From positions 5,717,131-5,781,130 of the forward strand of contig NC_083408.1 in NCBI RefSeq assembly GCF_020745735.1: a stretch of DNA of 64,000 bases, given 5' to 3'. The translations under genes and the position numbers were made by a program. The notes under the pieces were generated by a model. The model was not told where the DNA came from, did no database searches, and worked only from the letters and a program-made list of their open reading frames with translations. Positions 12,501 through 26,090 of the stretch are shown here, in pieces; the first letter of the stretch is position 1, and every line of letters begins with the position of its first letter. This DNA comes from Hemiscyllium ocellatum (taxonomy: Eukaryota).

Positions 12501-14551
12501 GTGTGTCTGACCTCTGTGTGTGGGGAGTGTATGGTATTTGGAGGGAAGGGTTTGGTGCATATGGCTGGCCTGTGTGTGAGCTGGAGATTGCATGTGTGGG
12601 TGGTGTATAAATGTGCAGGAACTGTGTGTGAGTGGGGTCTGTGAATGTGGGCTATGTGTATGCGAGTAGAGAGTTGCATGAGTTTGCAGTGTGTGTGCCT
12701 GAATCGGGTGCTGTCTCTGAGTGCATCGGCTATCGGTTGGGGTATGTGTTTGGGGGAGTGCTATGCATATTTTGGGGTTGTGTGTATGATTGGATAGCTG
12801 TGAGTGTACGTCGGTTTTGTTTGTTTGGTGCGTGCATGTAAGCAGGCTCTCTGGGTGGTGGCTATCTGCTGGGGCTCTTGTGTGCGTAGGTCTGCGTGTG
12901 TGGGAGTCTCTGTGTGTGTGGGGGGGGGTGCGCTGAGTTTGCGAACAGATGCGTGTGGGAGTGACTGTGTCTGTGTGGGTGGTTCTGTGTGGGGGGAATA
13001 CTTTCGTGTAGGGTGGCGTCTGTTGTGGGCAATATGAATGGCGGGCTGCATTGTTGGATTGTGCTTTGTGTGTGGGTATGTTTGTGTGTGTGTAGGAAGT
13101 TTGTGTATGAGTATAAAGACTGTGTGTGCGTGGATCGGTGGGCATGCGATTCTTTGTGCGATGGAGCTGTGTCTGAGAGAAGGGTTGCGTGATAGTGGTA
13201 GGGATGTTCCTTTGTGGTGGACTGGCTGTGTATTTGGGGGTGTTGTGTGAGCATGGCAGGTATCTTCTGTGTCTGGGTGGGGCGGCTATTGATGTGTGTG
13301 TGTGGTTGGTACTGTGTGTTTGAGGGGTTCTGTGCGTGGGAGTGCGATGTGTATGTGGGCTGTGTGAGTGAGTTGTATGTGAGTGGTGTGTTTTTTTGTG
13401 TGTATGTGGGGTACGTGTGTAACAGGCTGTGTGTGGGGGGAGCTGTGTGTCTGAGGGGTCTGTGTGTGAGGGGGGTCTGTCTGATACTGGGAGAGATGTG
13501 TTTTAGTGGGGAATTAAGTGTATGAGTCGTTGCTATGTTTTGGGACTTTTAGTGGGAAGTCCCTGTGTGAAGTGGGGCTGTTGAGTGCTTGTGTGGGAGA
13601 GTCTGCGTATGTGGCGGTTTATGCATGTGTGGAATTAGGCTGTGCGTGGTTTGGTCTGTGTATGTGGGATCTTGGGTCTGTGGCCGCGATTATGTTGGAT
13701 GGGGCTATGTTTGTGTGAGGTGATGTTTTTGTTGTATGGTGTCAGTGGGGGCAGGGTGTGTGTTGTTGACTTTGGCTGTGTGTGTGAGTGGGTGTTTGTG
13801 TGCATGGGAGAGCTGTGTCTGTATGGGAGCATAGTATTTTTGGTGGGAGCTGTGCGTGTGAGGGTCATTGAGTGGGGGAGGACTGTGTGCTAGTACGTTG
13901 ACTGTGCTTTTGTGGGAGAGCATGCTGTAGTGTACGTGTTGATAGGGCTCTCTGTGTGTGAATTGGTTGCTTGTGTGTGAGTGGTAATGTGTGTCTGTTG
14001 ATTTTGTGTGAGGGCTGTTATGGGGGGCTGTGTGACTGGGTAGTCAGTCAGTGTGGGAGGAGCAGTGTGTGGGGGCAGTGCGAAGGTGTGGGGTTGTCTG
14101 TGAATGAGTGAGGCTGCGGGAGTATGTCTGTGCGTGTGCTGTGTGCTTGGTGGCTGTGTATGAGTGGTGGATGGGTGAATCTGTGAGTGTGTGTGTGTGA
14201 GTGGCGCCTTTCAGTTTGTGGCGGAGGTTTTGTGTGTTGTCCTGTGTGTTGGGGGGGTACTGTGTGTATTGGAAAGCTGTGTTTGTGACTGCGCAGTGTG
14301 TGATCAGGGGTGCAGCGTGTGTTTCGTGAGGGCTCTGTGTGTGGTTAAGTGTTGGGAGTTCTGTGTCTGTGGGTGGCTATGTGTAGTGGACTGTGCATGT
14401 AGGAACTATGTGTGGGGATATGTGCTTTTTGGCTCTGTATAGCTATCTCTATGTGTGAGGTGTCTATGTCTGTGTTGAGATTAGCTGAGTGTGCGAAGGT
14501 CTGTGTATTGGGGACTGTATTTGTGCGGTGGAGCGGTGTGTGCGGGCGTGG

Positions 14552-14620
<69 letters not shown>

Positions 14621-17600
14621 TGTGTAGACCTTGTTAGTGTGGGGCGGTTTGGGAAAGTGTGTGGATTGTGGTGAGCCGTAGGTGTTTGAGGTTTCTGCAT
14701 TTATGGGTTCTGTATGTAGGGCTGTGTGTGAGTGTTTTGTTAGTTGGAGGGCTGTGCAATGGAGTGAAGGCTGTGCTTTTGTGCGATTGGCTGTCTGTGT
14801 GTGGCGAGGGTGTACAGTGTGTGCATGGCGTGAATGTTCTGTGTGTGGGGGCACTGTATTTTTGTGTCAGTGCGAATGTGTATTTCGGGAGATTGGTGTA
14901 TTGCAGAACTGTGTGCATGTTGGTCTGTGTGTGTGAGGGGTGCTCTGTGTTGGGGACCTGTGTGTGGAGGGAAGCTCTGCTTGATGCGGCAGTGTTGGGG
15001 AGAGCTGTGTGCAAGTGGGAGGGCTGTGTTCTGTTAGGGGCCTGTGTGTGACTGCGGGTGGGCTATGTGTGTGTGAGGGGCCATGTGCGTCCGAGTGGCT
15101 GTGTGTGTGTGAGAGGTATATGTGTGAGTGCGGGTCTGTGCGAGTTTGGGAGTGTGAGGTACTGCGTGGGGGGCTGTCTGTGCGTGGAAGGGGCAATGTG
15201 TGGACGCTGGGTATTTTGAGGGATTGCGTTTGTCAGAGAACTATGTGTGGAAGGACTGCGAGTGTGAGGGGGTGTATGCATGCAGGTTCTGCATGTGAGA
15301 GCTGCGTGTTGGGGTTTTGTGTGATGTGGGGCGGAGTGCAGGAGTGGGCTGTGTGTGGGGGCAAGTGTGTAGTCGGGTTGTGTGTGAGTGAGGTGGCTAT
15401 GTGTGTGGACGATGCTATGTGTCCGTGGGCTGTGTGTCGGAAGATGTGTGTGTCAGGCGCTGCATGTTGGGATCCCTGGGTGTGAGTGGACAGTATGTGC
15501 GTGATAGGGCGGTGAGTGTCCCTGAGTTGTGTGTCTGTGGGGGCTGTTGGATAGTGGGAGGGATGTGTTTTGTTGGGAGGCTGTGTCTGTGTGGTTAATG
15601 TGAATTGTGGGCTTTGTGTGTGCTGGGACTGTGTAGCGGGGCTGTGTGCTGCGGCACTTATTTGGGGGGTCTGCACATGTGACGGTCTATGTGTTGGACG
15701 AGCTGAGTTTGTGATGGGCTGTGTGTGGTGGGTCCTTATGTGCAGGCTCTGTGTGTGGCTGTGTTTGTGGGGTGTTCTATGTGTGCGTGGAGGTGGGCTG
15801 AGTATGCAAAGAGCTTTATATGTGGGGGGTGGTGTTTGTGTGGGGGCATTGAGTGGGCGTGTTGATGTGTGGAGCTGCTGTGTACGTGTGGGTGTTGGGT
15901 AAAGGCCAGTGTGTGCGGGAGGAGCTGTCTGTGGTTGGCATGGCCTGTGGGTGTTTGAGCGCTGTGCATGTGTGATGATATTTCTGTGAGTGGAGGGGTT
16001 GATGTAAGAGGGCTGTGGGTGGGGGGATATGTGCGTGTGAGGTGGGTATGTGTGTGTGGAGAGTGCTGGGTGGTACTGAGCGGGTGGGGATATTGTGCAG
16101 TGTCCTGTATGTGAGTGAGGGGAGTTCTGTGTGTGCGCCATAATTGAGCTCCATGTGTGTGAGGGCTGTTTGCGTGTGACAGTGGTACAGTGTGTTTCGG
16201 TGGGTTCTGTTTGTATGGGACTCTATGTATGGGGACTGCGTGTGTGGAGGGAGCTGAGTGTGTGTTGGAGGGGCTTGTACATGTGTGGGGGAGTCTTTGA
16301 GTGAGGGGAGGCTGTGTGTGCACGGGTGTGCTATATGTGTGAGATGGGCTTTGTGTGTGGGCGCGTCTGCGTGTGTGGAGGAATGTCAATATGACAGTGT
16401 TTGGGAGAACATTCTGTGTGTGAGGTTGTGAGTGTGGGAGGTCTCTATGCATGGGGGCTGTGTCTGTGTGGGAGGGCTCTGTATGGGGGATGTGTGCGTG
16501 GGGAATGCTGTGCATATTAGGAGGGCTGTGTTTTGTGTGTTCTGTCCTGTCTGCGTGTGGGGGTTTGCTGTGCATTTTGGCGACTGAGCTCTGTGTTGGG
16601 GTTACTGTGTGTTGGTGTGGCTGGAACTGTCTGTTTGTGGGTTCTATGTGGGGTGGGAGCTAAGCATATGGGGTCTGTCTGTGTGCCTGTCGTCTGTGTC
16701 CGGAGGGGACTGTGTGTGGAGGTTTCTGCGCGTGTTTCCGAGTTTGTGTCAGTATCGTGGGGCTGTGTGAGGGGGTCTCGGATTTTGGAAGTGCTGTACG
16801 TGTGGGAGCTGTGTGTTTACGATTCTGTATGAGTTGGGGCCGTGTGTGTGCGCAGGGACGTGTGTGTTGGGGGACTGTGTAAAAGAGGATACGGAGTGTT
16901 TTTGATAATACGTTTGGTGGGGCTGTGTGTGGGAGTTTCTTTGTGTGAGTTGGAACTCTGCAAGAGTGGGCAGGGTAGCTGCATGAGGGGGAGATGAATG
17001 TGTGAGGGAGGCTATGTGTGGTGGTGTGATGACTGCGTGGGAGTTGTGTGTTTTGGGGGCTGTGTGTCTGGGCTGTGTGCGTGACAGGATGTCTGCGTAT
17101 GGTTGGGAGCCTGTGTCCGTGTTCTGTGGCTATGTGTTGAGTCCTGTGTGTTTGGACGTACTGTATGTGGCGGCGCTGTGTGTTCAGTTTATTGTGCGAG
17201 TGCAGGGCTGCGTGTGACGTGGGTATATGTGTGTATGTGGTGGATGGAGCTCGCTGGTGTATGGGCTGTGCCTGTGTGTGGTGGCAGATGAATGTTTGTG
17301 GAAGTCTGTGTGCAGTTAATCTGTGTGTATGGGATGGCTCTGTTTGTGAGCGAGTATGACGTGTGTTTCTGGAGGGAGTGTGTGTGTGTTGGAAGTGCTG
17401 TGTGTGAAGGCGCGTTTGTGTGGAGGTTTGTCTGTGTTGAATGATGAGGACTCTATCGGGCTGTGTGTAGGGTGGTCCTATGTGTAGATGGTGCTGTTTG
17501 TTTGTATGTTGGGCTATGATTGTGTGGGGCTGTGAGTGCATGGGTGCTTTGACAGCTTCCAAAGGGCTGCATGTGCATGGTTTATGTGTGAGTGGAGGAG

Positions 17601-18153
17601 TGAGTATGTGGGCTATGTATGTGAGGGGTTGTATGTGTGCGGGTGTGGATGTTTGTAGCTGTGCTGTATTTATATGGAAGTGTGGGGTAATTGTATGTGT
17701 GGGTGCTTTCTGAACGTGAGGGATGTGTCTGTGTAGGAGGGCTGGGCGTAGGGGGAGCTGTGTATGAGTCGCCTGATCTTGCGGAGGCCTGTGTGATAGT
17801 GGGAGAGCTATGTGATAGTGTGGGGAGCTGTGTGTGAGGGGCCTGTGAGTGTGGTTGTAATGTATGTTTGGGGATTTCTCTGTGAGGGGGGCTGAGTGTT
17901 TGGGGGTCTGTGTATGTGGGTGATCTGTGTGTTTGGGGCTGTATGTGGGGGGAGCTGTGTACACGTGGGCTGTATGTGTGGGGAAGGCTGTCTGCGGAGT
18001 ATGTGCATGTTGGAGCTGTGAATATTGTGTGCTTGGTTTGGGAGTGCCCTGTATGTGGGGGTTGTATATCTGACAAGGAGCATGATGTAGGGTAATCTGA
18101 GTTAGGGTCCGTGTGGGGGAACTGTGTATGTGGGTTGGGGGCTGTGGTGTAGT
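9600..18153. repeat. ~8.5-kb G/T-rich degenerate low-complexity/satellite domain
   Basis: Recurring GGGGCTGTGTGTG / GAGCTGTGTG / GGCTCTGTGT motifs with strong G+T bias on the plus strand throughout; includes a pure (TG)~31 run at 14555-14616. Confidence 0.95.
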
Positions 18154-18405
18154 GGCACGGTGACTCAGTGTTTATAATTGGTGCCTCACAGGACCAGGCT
18201 CGGGCGCCTAACTGTTTTTTTTTGCACATTATCCCTGTGTCTGCGTGGATTTCCTTCCACTGTCCAGGTGAATTGGCCATGCTAAATTGCCTATCGTGTA
18301 AGGTGCATCATTCAGAGGGAAATGGGTCTGGATGGGTTACTCTCTGGTCGAGTGGACTATTTGGACTGAAGGGCCTGTTTCCACTCTGTAGGGAATCTAA
18401 TCTAA
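18154..18405 (+). mobile_element. tRNA-derived V-SINE/HE1-like SINE (internally deleted)
   Basis: GGCACGGTGACTCAGTG head, CCCTGTGTCTGCGTGG central domain, CR1-type tail GAAGGGCCTGTTTCC...(ATCTA)n. Confidence 0.75.
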
Positions 18406-18449
18406 TAGCTGTGGGGGAGGATTGTGTGTGTTGGGGGGGGGGGGTGGAT

Positions 18450-19150
18450 GCAGGGACAGACAGAGACATAACTCTCAGAAGGCGCGGATCCAAAGTGAAT
18501 TGTGAAATGTGCTGGATCCACAGAGCCTCAACCCTGCCAAAGCCCGAACACACAGAGACACACCCCTGAGAAGGCAAGAACACACAGACGCACGCCACCT
18601 GCAAAGTCCTGAAACAACAGAGAAACAATTTTGCGAAGGCCCAAAATCGCAGACACACATCTGTGAAAATACCAGTACCCAAAGAGACACAACAATGCAA
18701 AGATTAAGATCGACAGTGAATCAGCCCTAATCTGGCCCCGACCCACATAGACGCAACCATAACAAAGCACTCATACATAGATGAACAATCCTGAAATGTC
18801 AGGACACCAACAGGCACAACCCTGACAAGGTTGGGACCAATTGAGATAATTTTGAGTCTGCCGTGCCTGACAGAGACATTACCTTGAGAAGGCAGGGACA
18901 TAGATAGACATAATCATGAAAAGGGCTGGATCCACAGAAGCACAAAACGTAAGAGGCCCGTTAACACAGAGACACAGCCCTGAGAAACCGTAGACCGAAA
19001 GAGACACAACCCTGATAAAGCAGGGACACACAGACACATACCTCGGAGAAATCCCTTGACGGGAAACAAACCCCTGACAAATCCTGGATTTTCAAAGACA
19101 CCGACCGTGATAAGGCCTGCACCCCCAAATACACAATCCAGCGAAGGACA
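18450..19150. repeat. Degenerate ~31-bp C/A-rich tandem repeat
   Basis: Consensus approximately ACACAGAGACACAACCCTGAGAAGGCAGGGA, roughly 22 copies. Confidence 0.7.
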
Positions 19151-19439
19151 AAATCGCAATAACTAGTCCTGCCACTAACTCTGACCTCACGGTATCATTT
19201 TCTGGCGAAGGCTTAGCCTGTCAAGACATGATTCGCTCAAGCCCTGAAGCTGTACAATCGCATCATCGGCTTCCCTGAACATCCAGATGCTGAAAACCAA
19301 CAAGGAAATGGGGAAAATGTGTTCGTCTGCAGGTTAGACTGAAACAAGACGGTTTCATGTCCCGTTGACTGGCAAATGTCAGATCACTCTTCCCTGGAGT
19401 CATCCCAGGGAAAACGATGGGCCTGAAAAGTGTTACTGA

Positions 19440-21110
19440 TTGAGCACTCTGATCCAATGCAGACCAGTTCGCGGATATATTCACAAACATCTTCACCCTC
19501 CCCTTGCCACTAGTCTAAGCCCTAACCTGGTTCAAGTAGATCACCACCTTCCCCGTAACTGAGAAAACACATCCAACGTGACCAGAAAAACCACCTAGTG
19601 GCTCTGAACTCCAAAATCATGAAGTGTTTCGAAAGGCTGGTTATGAACCATTTCAACTTCATTCTACCAGGCTGTCGCAATCTCACACAATGTATCCACC
19701 AACACAACGGGTTCACAGCGAATAGTATGTCCCTAACCCTATACTCAATCCGATACTACATTTGGAAAACAAGGACACCTAACTTGGACTCCTACTAATC
19801 ACAAAGAGCTGCGCCTTCAACACGATTATACCCTCAAGACTGATCTCAAAACTCAGTAAGATTTGAGATTGTTCTCGGCTCCGCTCCCTGCAACTGTTTT
19901 ATTTTTCAGCTTTTGGACTCACAGATCACAATCAGTGAAGATTGCAACAGCACTTTCTCCACAATAACTCTCGACACTGGAGCTCCTGATGGATGGATCC
20001 GCAGCCACCTCCTGTATTCGCTGTATTCCCATGGCTATGTCTGCAACACCTTACTATACTCCCTTCCACACATAGCTATATCCTCAGCCCCCTACAGTAC
20101 TCCCTGTATACCTACGGCTGTGCCCGCAGACCCTACTATACTAAATGTTCACCCATAGCTGTGTTCTCAAACCCCTACTGAAGCTCTTGTGCACCGATAG
20201 CTATGTCCTCCATCCTCTAATGTTCACCATGTTCATCCATAGCTGTGTCCTCAGGTTCCTAACATTCTCTCTGCAAACAATCGGCTGTGTGCTCAGCCTC
20301 TTAGGTTACTCACTGCAAACCCACGGTTGTGTTCGCAGCCCTCTACTGTACTTCCTGTACACGCACGGTTGTATGTCCAGCCCCTGACATTACTCACTGC
20401 ACACCCGTGCCTGCGCCATCAACCACCTGCTGTACTCACTGTGCATCCACGGCTGTGTCCTCATTGCCCGACTGGAATCCTTTTACACCCACGGCTGTGT
20501 CTTCAGACCTCTGCAATACTCCATATACTGTCACGGCTATACCTTCAGTCCCAAACTGTATACCCTGTACACCAACGATTATGTCCTTAGCCCTCTAATG
20601 TACTCCCTGTACACCCACGGCTATGTCCTCTGCCCACTCACTCTATTACCTGTTCAGCCACGGCTGTGTTGTCAGTTCTCTAGTGTGCTCCCTGTACACC
20701 TACAGCGGTTCCCCCAGCCCGCGATTGTGCTCCCAGTGCACCCAGCTGTCAAGTACCGAACGAACACCCATCCACAGGTCGGCTAATGATAGTGCCATAG
20801 TAGAACATATGCCAAACAACATCGGCCCAAGATACAAAAGTGAGTTAGAGTGCTTTGTGACGTGGTGCAATGAGAACAATCTCTCTAACAAGAAAACTCA
20901 GACCATCAAGGAAAGGAACCTTCCATCCGTGGATTCCATTGACATGATTCGCTACCACAGAAAGACTGCCAGCATTAAGAGGGACCGCTCCCACCCCAGT
21001 AACAATCTCCTACAAATTCTTCCGTCAGGCAAACATAGGGACACATGAACACACTCACCAGCAGGTTCAGGAAAAGCATCTTACCTGTTAATTTTAGGCT
21101 GATGAATCGA
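19440..21110 (+). mobile_element. Rex1/Babar-like LINE RT remnant
   Basis: ADIFTNIF; VALNSKIMKCFERLVM; AFNTIIPSRLISKL; TGAPDG...LLYSLYSH; WCNENNLSNKKT; HP..NLLQILPSGK. Confidence 0.8.
19991..20745 (+). repeat. 42-bp x 18 minisatellite inside the Rex1-like RT
   Basis: Consensus GGCTGTGTCCTCAGCCCCCTACTGTACTCCCTGTACACCCAC = GCVLSPLLYSLYTH; 18 units counted. Confidence 0.9.
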
Positions 21111-22999
21111 TCCTCCAATTTCAAATGATGCTGATCATGTAAACGTTGATCTTGTATAATGAGTGCTCTATGTGGTGTATGCCTCTATCTTAGTTTTCAT
21201 TTCTCCCTCTGTTTATCTGTGCTTGTGTACTGGTTCGATTTCACTGACCAGTGATAAAGACTCTAGAGGCACACATAATACGGGCACGGTATCAAAAATC
21301 TTTTAATGCAAAGTGAGAACTAAAGGAACTTCCTAAAATCTGGCTTTGACGTGAAAGCATAATGGTTTGAAATCTGTCTCCGTGATTATTTAAATAATAC
21401 TTTTAAAAACGTATTACGGTTCAGGATATTTACAAAAAACTGTTAATTGCTGCTCGTAAGTAGATCTGTTCTTTTTATGGCTGAACACATCCGTCATAGG
21501 CTTAGAAGTAGTTAATTCTGGAGGGATTCTTCAAAGCTGTTGAGTTGCAATTTCATTATTTCCACTGTAAAGGAAGATTACAGGTCTCTGCGATCTCCAT
21601 GTTCCTGCTCCATGAATTATTTGAGATTAGTCCGCAAATCCAGCGTGTGATTTGGAAGGTAAATGGAATGTTGCTGCTTCGGGAAAAGTGTGTCGGGTTT
21701 AATGAGAAGTGTTTCACTGCATCTGTACAGGGTAATGCTGCGACCACAGCTGATACATCGTGTGCAGTTTTGATTCCTTAAAGTAACCGAAAAGATATAA
21801 TTCTTCTCGAAAATTTTCAAAGATTTTCCCCTTTCCTTATTCCTGCAATGAAGGCTATTTGTTATGGAAGATTGTCAGTTAAAATCTCAGATGAGAAACC
21901 TGATGGAAACACGACATTCGGAAATGTGCAACAGCATGATATATGTTTACTTCTGTTGAGGAAACGTAAGCTAGAGATTAAAAGTTATGAAAAAGATTTA
22001 TTGATATTAACGCATGATAGTAAGATACCAAATCAAATTTCAAAATTTCACAGACGTAAATAAACATGTAATATAATCATAAAGCTGCGACATCTTTAGC
22101 TAACGAATGTCGCTGTTCGATAACAGCAATGATGCACCTGCATATAGTCGATAATCATACATTCCAGACAATTTTGGAAGGGAGCGCACACGGTCCAGTT
22201 TGATGTTCCGTTGGCATTGTGGCATGCTTCCACACAGACAAGGGGAAAAAGTGTTACCCAGCTGAGAATCAACAGCCGATTGCTCCCTCTCTCTTACTTG
22301 GTTCCGCCTGACAACAGAAAATCCGAGAGCAATCTTTACCATTCGTGGAGGATTCCTCATGAGGATTCGTTCCACTCTCTGAAGCAAAGGGATTACGCCA
22401 AATGCAACTGTTCTGCGCAGCTTATTTCCAGAAACGTAAGTGGTCAGAATAATTTTAAAGGAAGAATAACATTGGGAATACTTTTCGAATTTTACCATTT
22501 CTTATGACTTTGTTTATTGTACGTTTTTGTAGAAAATGATCCAGTCTGCTACTTGTGTCGTTCCGTATATCATTAAAATGGACGCATTTAAAATTTGTAG
22601 AACCCAGTGGAGGAGTGGGGAATAAAAAGGCATTGGTGACACTGCAACATTGGTCGGGACACTAACAAGAGATTCTGAAAGGGCGGTTCAAGTGGGAATT
22701 CCCTTTCTGAGAGTTTTGTGGTGTCTGGCTATTTGCATTTGATCAAAGTCATGTTCAACATTTGTCAGCCAAGTGAATTAGGAAAGTTGTATACAGACAG
22801 AAACGTGCTCCGGAGATCACAGTCAGATCAGACATGAACATCGTGTCTGGTGGAGCAGTGACAAGTGTCTTCTGAGCCAAACATGCTGCTCAGTCGAAAT
22901 TTTCTGTTTTATGCAGTCCCTTAAAGCTCCTGCACAGGTGCAGGTGGAGTCTGCTTGCTACAAATATCTGTTCCACAGTAAGAAAGAACATCATTCTGT

Positions 23000-24600
23000 C
23001 CCTCAAGACAGTCACCCACGGTTAGTGTGGGTTGGAATACGATGTTGAGAAATCCAGGCTAGTTTTCCATAACATGTTATATAGTGATAAAATATACTTT
23101 ATAAAATTAGGCTTTATATGGATACTTCATCATATCCACTCAATATTGGGAAAGTTTAAGTCTCCCATAACAACTAATCAGTTACTTTCGCTCCTCTGCA
23201 GAATCAGGTTTGCCATCCTTTAATCGAAGACTCTGGAAATATTCGGAGACACTTAGAAAACTCCCAACTTCTCCGTTCATGTTTCTAACCCCAGTAAGCG
23301 GGTCCTCAAATGTCCTCTCAACCACTGTAGTACTCTCCTTGATTCACAACTCTACACCGCACCCACTTTTACAATCGTTCCTGGTCTTAGTGAAATCCAG
23401 GAATATGCAACAACCACGACTGTCCATTTTCTATCCATGTCTCCAAAATGGCTAAAGATCTGAGTTCTGTGTAGGAACCCATCCTGCACGTTCACGCATC
23501 TTCATCTGGATGCTCTAGGCATTGTAGTGGACACACTTCAAGCCACTTTCCTGTCTTGCGGGACACTCCTGTGACCGTGAAAATACATTCATGACTGCAC
23601 TACTCTCAACCTCCTGTACACTGGAACAACACTTTAGGTTTCCACCCCCAAGTTGAATTAGTGTAATTTCTTCAGAGGAACGTTAGTAAATTTTCCACAA
23701 AAGAATGGGTACCGCTCTTGTTCAGGTGCAGACAATCACATTTGTAAACGTCCCTCGTTCAGAAAACGATCCCCAACTATGCACACATATGAAAGCCTTC
23801 CTCTTGCGCCTTCCTTGTAGTCAAGGGTTTAACTCGTCTCTCTCCCCGTTTCTCGCCTCACTAGCAAGTGGCATGTGTAAAAATAAAGAAATAAAAACTT
23901 TGTATATTCGAGGCCTGAGCTGTCACCCCAACTCCCTGAATTTCTGTCTTGAAACGCCATTAATTTTCCTACTTGCGCCATTGATGTCTACGTAGACAAC
24001 GACTTGGAGTGCTCCTCCTTCCCACTAATGATTCCGAAAACACGATCCGAGACATCACAAACCCGAGAACCAGTGAGGCAACACAGCAACTATGAGTCGC
24101 TCTCGTTCACCCGGAGCTTCCTATCTCCCGCCCTCACTCTGGAATCACCAATGAAGAACGCTCTGCTCCCCCCCCCCCACTCTGCACCCTTCCCTTCTGA
24201 GCAACACAGAGAGATTCTGTGACCGAGATCGATACCTAATGACTTGTCCCCGGGAAATCGTCCCCAGCAATATCTAAAAGAGTATACTTTTTATTGAGGG
24301 GAACGCCCACAGGGGATCCCTATACTTGCTGACTGATCCCTTTCCGTCCCATAAGTGTAACCTGTCTAACTTCTTCATGGACATGAGGTGTAAGTACCTC
24401 CATGTAATTTCTCTCAACTACTCTCTGAGTCTCCTGAATGAACCAAAGCTCATACAGCTCCAGCTACCATTCCTGAACGTGGTTTTCGAGGAGCAAAAAT
24501 TGGGTGTACTTACAGCAGATGAAGTCTGAAGGGCACTAGTGTTGATGCTTACCTCCCACATTCGACAGTAGGAACAGTCAACTGCTCCATCTGCTCCTAA
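23000..24600 (-). mobile_element. Degenerate CR1 LINE 5' half (ORF1 and endonuclease)
   Basis: Minus-strand AVDCSYCRMWEV near 24550-24585 and MGDLNFPNIEW near 23135-23170. Confidence 0.7.
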
Positions 24601-25876
24601 ATTCCATCACAACCGTTCCAAATTTCGAAAGAGACTGTTGGCAAAAAAAAAATACAACTTGGCAATATGGCGCGCAGATGATTGATTTCTCATGTTAGAG
24701 AAGCAGGTTGAGTGGGGTCACTACCTAATTGGCGTTTCGGGGAATGCAACACCCAAATATATATTACTTCACGTAATCAACATTCTCTTGTCCACTCTTG
24801 CTCGCCATGCACTCCTCCTATTCACGAGGTAAGTATTATCATCGTCATTTACTTTCCCAGCAGCACCCTAGTTCTCATTCCAGCTGTCGCTTCTGTTACA
24901 AAAGGAAGACCTTATTGCTCTAGGTAAATATTTAAAGGCTTCACATTCTTTGCTGGCAGCTGACTGCGCTCGATCCCGCTTTTCCTGCTGTAAAACAATG
25001 ACTGTCCTCCACCATCACGCTCATTTCTCTGCACATTCCCAAACCATCATGCGCACTCCACCACACACTCCTGCAATGTCACGCTCACGCCCTGCACAAT
25101 TCCGCATCATCATGCGCCCTCCACTTGCAGACTCCCTATTCTGAAGGCTGATCTATGAAGTCCTCCCCAGTTAATCCCCTTGACATGTTTTTTTTCTCCA
25201 TCACCACTCTGTTCCCGGAGTAACAGACGGTGGTGTCACATAATCTGTTCTTTGTATAATAGCCTGCTGTACCACCCCGACTCTTTCGCCCCAACTACAG
25301 CTTGTGGCGCCACCAAAATAGCCATCCCCATTAACGGTCAGTGTTCTCATACCCACTGTGTCCGTGAAGAACTCCATTTGTCCCAAGCGCCATACTGCTA
25401 ACCTAGCAATGCCGTGAAGCTACAAACTTAACGAAGAAATCATGTTCCTTGGCAAAGGAAGGTGAAGAAGAATTTGTGGAAACGTTTTTAGGAGAGAGAG
25501 AGATTGAGATGTAGACTGAGCATGATAGAGAGTGAAGGAGAATGTATAAGGGAAGGACAATGAAATAAAGTGTGTAAGTGGGAGTAGGAGAGAGAGAGAT
25601 AGAGTGACAGAGTGAGAGTGGAAGCGATACATTGGTGTGGGGGTGTGCAGGGGCAAATGGAGACAGGTAAATACTGCTGAAGGCCAGATCAAATTGGAGG
25701 ATCCAGAGGTGAAAGCAAGGACCGAGTGACATTAAACCAATTGCTGAGCTCAGTGCCGGTCCCCTCCCCTACGCTGAGAACCAGGAGTTGAAGATTATTT
25801 TATGGCTCTCCAGCTCAGCTTCTTCAACACAAAGACAAACGTTCACTCTGCTGCTCAGCATTTTTAAATGAACATC

Positions 25877-25882
25877 TTTATT
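25877..25882 (-). terminator. Candidate polyadenylation signal (AATAAA) of the GPCR gene
   Basis: AATAAA on the minus strand about 210 nt downstream of the stop codon at 26091. Confidence 0.5.
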
Positions 25883-26090
25883 ATTCACAAATTGAATTGA
25901 TACACACAGTAAGTGGGATCGTGCCTTTACTCATTGGCCCCTGAGATGAGAGAAACATTAATATATGTCCCTGTAATCCTATGTAGGATGAGGTTGGCAA
26001 ACCATCACGGCACTCGACCTTTTACCATAGCGACAGGTTCCTCCCTTGCAGACATATTGAACTGAAATGAGAAATCCCAGGAAGGATTGA

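Noticed and set aside
9600-18153. True immunoglobulin switch region
   Set aside because: No V/D/J/C exons or RSS motifs recognised in the window; the resemblance is compositional only.
9586-18280. Long H/T/P/Q-rich and C/V/G-rich ORFs (up to 434 aa, e.g. 16660-17964)
   Set aside because: By-products of the TG/CA low-complexity domain, open in several overlapping frames, with no domain signatures.
21240-21560. Possible solo LTR (also 27760-28320)
   Set aside because: No paired copy, TG...CA ends or TSD that I could establish.
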